A stretch of DNA of 24,493 bases from Macrostomum lignano (taxonomy: Eukaryota): contig NIVC01003624.1 in the NCBI GenBank assembly GCA_002269645.1, positions 1 to 24,493 of the forward strand, read 5' to 3'. A program made the position numbers and the translations under genes. Below the pieces are notes generated by a model. That model had not been told where the DNA came from. It was given only the letters and a program-made list of their open reading frames with translations, and searched no databases. Each line of letters begins with the position of its first letter. Position 1 is the stretch's first letter. Positions 21,965 to 24,493 of the stretch are shown here, piece by piece.

Positions 21965-22078
21965 ACCGATGCGTCACAGCCCGGATCAGCTGAGCAGCCG
22001 CCCACCGCAGCCCAGCAGCCGCCCGGCCCAGCTGAGCGGCCCAAGTCGCATGCCGGCAGGAGTACATTTGCCCATTCG
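21965..22078 (+). CDS. Putative second coding exon (TDASQPGSAEQPPTAAQQPPGPAERPKSHAGRSTFAHS), Pro/Gln/Ala-rich
   Basis: Acceptor CTACTCAG ends at 21964. The phase-0 frame is open and matches the upstream exon. The segment is GC-rich and ends at a donor-like TCG/GTGACT (22079), followed by very AT-rich intron-like DNA. Reading through instead hits TAA about 11 codons later. Confidence 0.45.
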
Positions 22079-23040
22079 GTGACTGCCTACCAATGCACTA
22101 TTTCAACATGCTAATATAACTATTTTCTAACATGTGAAACATGTAAAGATAATATAATATTTGAAAACTTATTAATTATAACTAAAATTCGTATGCACAT
22201 AAAATATAATTATAAAATTTGCAAGTAAATAATATATATAACTAAAATAGCTGGACTTGTGTCTAATGCGATTTATTTGAAACCCTTTGGAGCTGCGATC
22301 GAATTATTTTCGCATTTCTACTATTAGTAGCATGTAATGCAAAATTTATAGTTTTTTGCGAAACTTTTATGTGTCATATTTCGAAATATTCTGGTCGGAT
22401 ATATTTTTTTGGAGTGTCATATCTGTGATGTGGCCTGTCGGGTATCCCCTACGATGTGCGTCATTTCTTTGTTTTGGGTCATCACTGATAACATAGGGGA
22501 TGCTCAGGCAAGGCGGCGAGAACAGAGAAGCTGGGCCAACCAACCCTCCTTGCAGACAATGGGATTTGAACTCATTTTCAAAGAAATGCTACATTATTCA
22601 GCCCCCGCAGCCTGGGTTTGGGAGATTTTCCCCTTTTCGCAGGGGGTCTCTTTCATACTTTCAGTCAGGGGAAACGCACTGGAAAAAAGCAGCAAGTCGC
22701 GTGAAAGAACAAAAAAGAAGAGACGGCTTGAAAAGCTGCGGGGCCGTCGGGGCCAACTGTAAGCGGAGGGCCTGGAGGGCAGGCAGGCAGGGCAGGCAGA
22801 GCGGCAGTTTTTTGGCCGCCCCCCACCAGCCTCACGAAAAATATTTGAGGGAAACGGCGGAGGCGGAGGCTGTTGACTCCTCCTCAGTGTACACGGGCCA
22901 GCAGCAGGGGGAGGGAGGGAGGCTGGCAGAAATCTTCATCAGCCCGCCAGCCCCTGCCACCTGAGCAGGCTTGCAGCTAAATTTGCCAAGTTAATGAGGC
23001 GGCCGCATCTGAGCAGACAAAGAATCCTAAATCCTGAGCG

Positions 23041-23273
23041 AACTTCTGCAACATCCCGGATCAGCTGCCGCGACGGTCATATGGCGACTCAAACGACTCA
23101 CGCGATGAAGTCCTCGATGGCAAAAGCGGCCAGAGGGCGGTGCCGGACGGCGAGGTCGGCTCACCGGCGGCGGCAGATCCGCGGCTCGACGTTGACGCCG
23201 ACTGGACGGAGATCGGGGCGCTGGACACCGACGATGCGGCGGCGATGCGGCCACCGGAGGAGGGCGAGGGGTG
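23041..23273 (+). other. GC-rich, acidic open frame not in the ORF track (NFCNIPDQLPRRSYGDSNDSRDEVLDGKSGQRAVPDGEVGSPAAADPRLDVDADWTEIGALDTDDAAAMRPPEEGEG), ending at donor-like TG/GTGAGC
   Basis: The frame is open from 23041 to 23277 with coding-like codon usage (many GAC/GAG/GCG). It is the most protein-like of the three frames here and has no ATG before the last few codons. Confidence 0.35.
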
Positions 23274-23302
23274 GTGAGCAGCGCTGATGAATTCCATAGA
23301 CT

Positions 23303-23920
<618 letters not shown>

Positions 23921-24493
23921 TTTTAATCTAACCTGCAATGCAAATGCTAATTACGATAGATATCGGTAGACAAGTCAGCTCATTCAGGAGCGGTAGAGGG
24001 CTTCTAAATCTTTGGACATGGATTCGCATCTTGAGAAAAATCTTATTGGACCAACCAACTGTCGTCCCTCTCTCTCTCTTACTCAAGCGAGTTTCCTCTG
24101 AAGTTTCCGTGATTCACCGGCCATCAAAGCCAATAAGAAGCGCCCCCCGGCAAATCCGCTTCACAGGCCGAGCTTCCTCAGGCGGAGAAGTCCACAGCTG
24201 CAAATATCTCGCTCCTGCCGCCATCTCCGCCGCCGCCTCCGCTCGGCCCCGCTCGCTTACTTCGCTGTCTTCAACACGCGGCTGGCCTACTCAGTCTCCA
24301 TGGCAACTGTAGCAACGGCAGTGGACGCCTTAGAGAGGCGGCAGCGCGCCGATGCGCCTGCGGCTGCTCGAAACGGCGGCCGCCGCCCGCGGTGGCTCGA
24401 GCGAGAGATTCGCGCCGTGACCGCGACTGCGTCTGCTGCTGCCCAATGCTGCTGCGGTCGGTGGCTACGCTGACATCCTGCTGGCCGTTCGGC

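Overview
This is repeat-dominated eukaryotic (animal-like) genomic DNA, not prokaryotic: there are no operons, rRNA, tRNA or CRISPR features. About 62% of the window (4159-19412) is one head-to-tail satellite array with a 118-bp unit (~129 copies), with no net indel and no substitution I could spot from ~7.92 kb to its right end. Minisatellites (15, 20, ~20, ~21, 12 and 19 bp units) and a (TCTG)n microsatellite fill much of the rest; nearly all long ORFs in the supplied track are artefacts of these repeats. The unique sequence between repeats holds four signals that the ORF track misses. (1) A phase 1-1 exon at 1419-1762 encodes one immunoglobulin-like domain, broken by stops and an indel. (2) Two in-frame exons (20580-20702, 21965-22078) are joined by an intron that is only ~55 nt once a 1.2-kb AG-free minisatellite is removed. 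(3) Decayed relics of the 118-bp unit lie right of the array, next to splice-like signals. (4) A degenerate stretch at 22.55-24.47 kb resembles the N-terminal region of R4/Dong-type non-LTR retrotransposon ORFs. A 94-bp fold-back (MITE-like) element sits at 255-348. Homopolymer deletions and a garbled block at 5401-5560 suggest low-coverage long-read consensus error, so the stops and frameshifts may be artefacts. I see no solid evidence for a wholly new biological system. The best leads are the satellite/splice-site relationships. The organism cannot be determined; the mix of short introns, GC-rich exons and heavy simple repeats is invertebrate-like (inference only).
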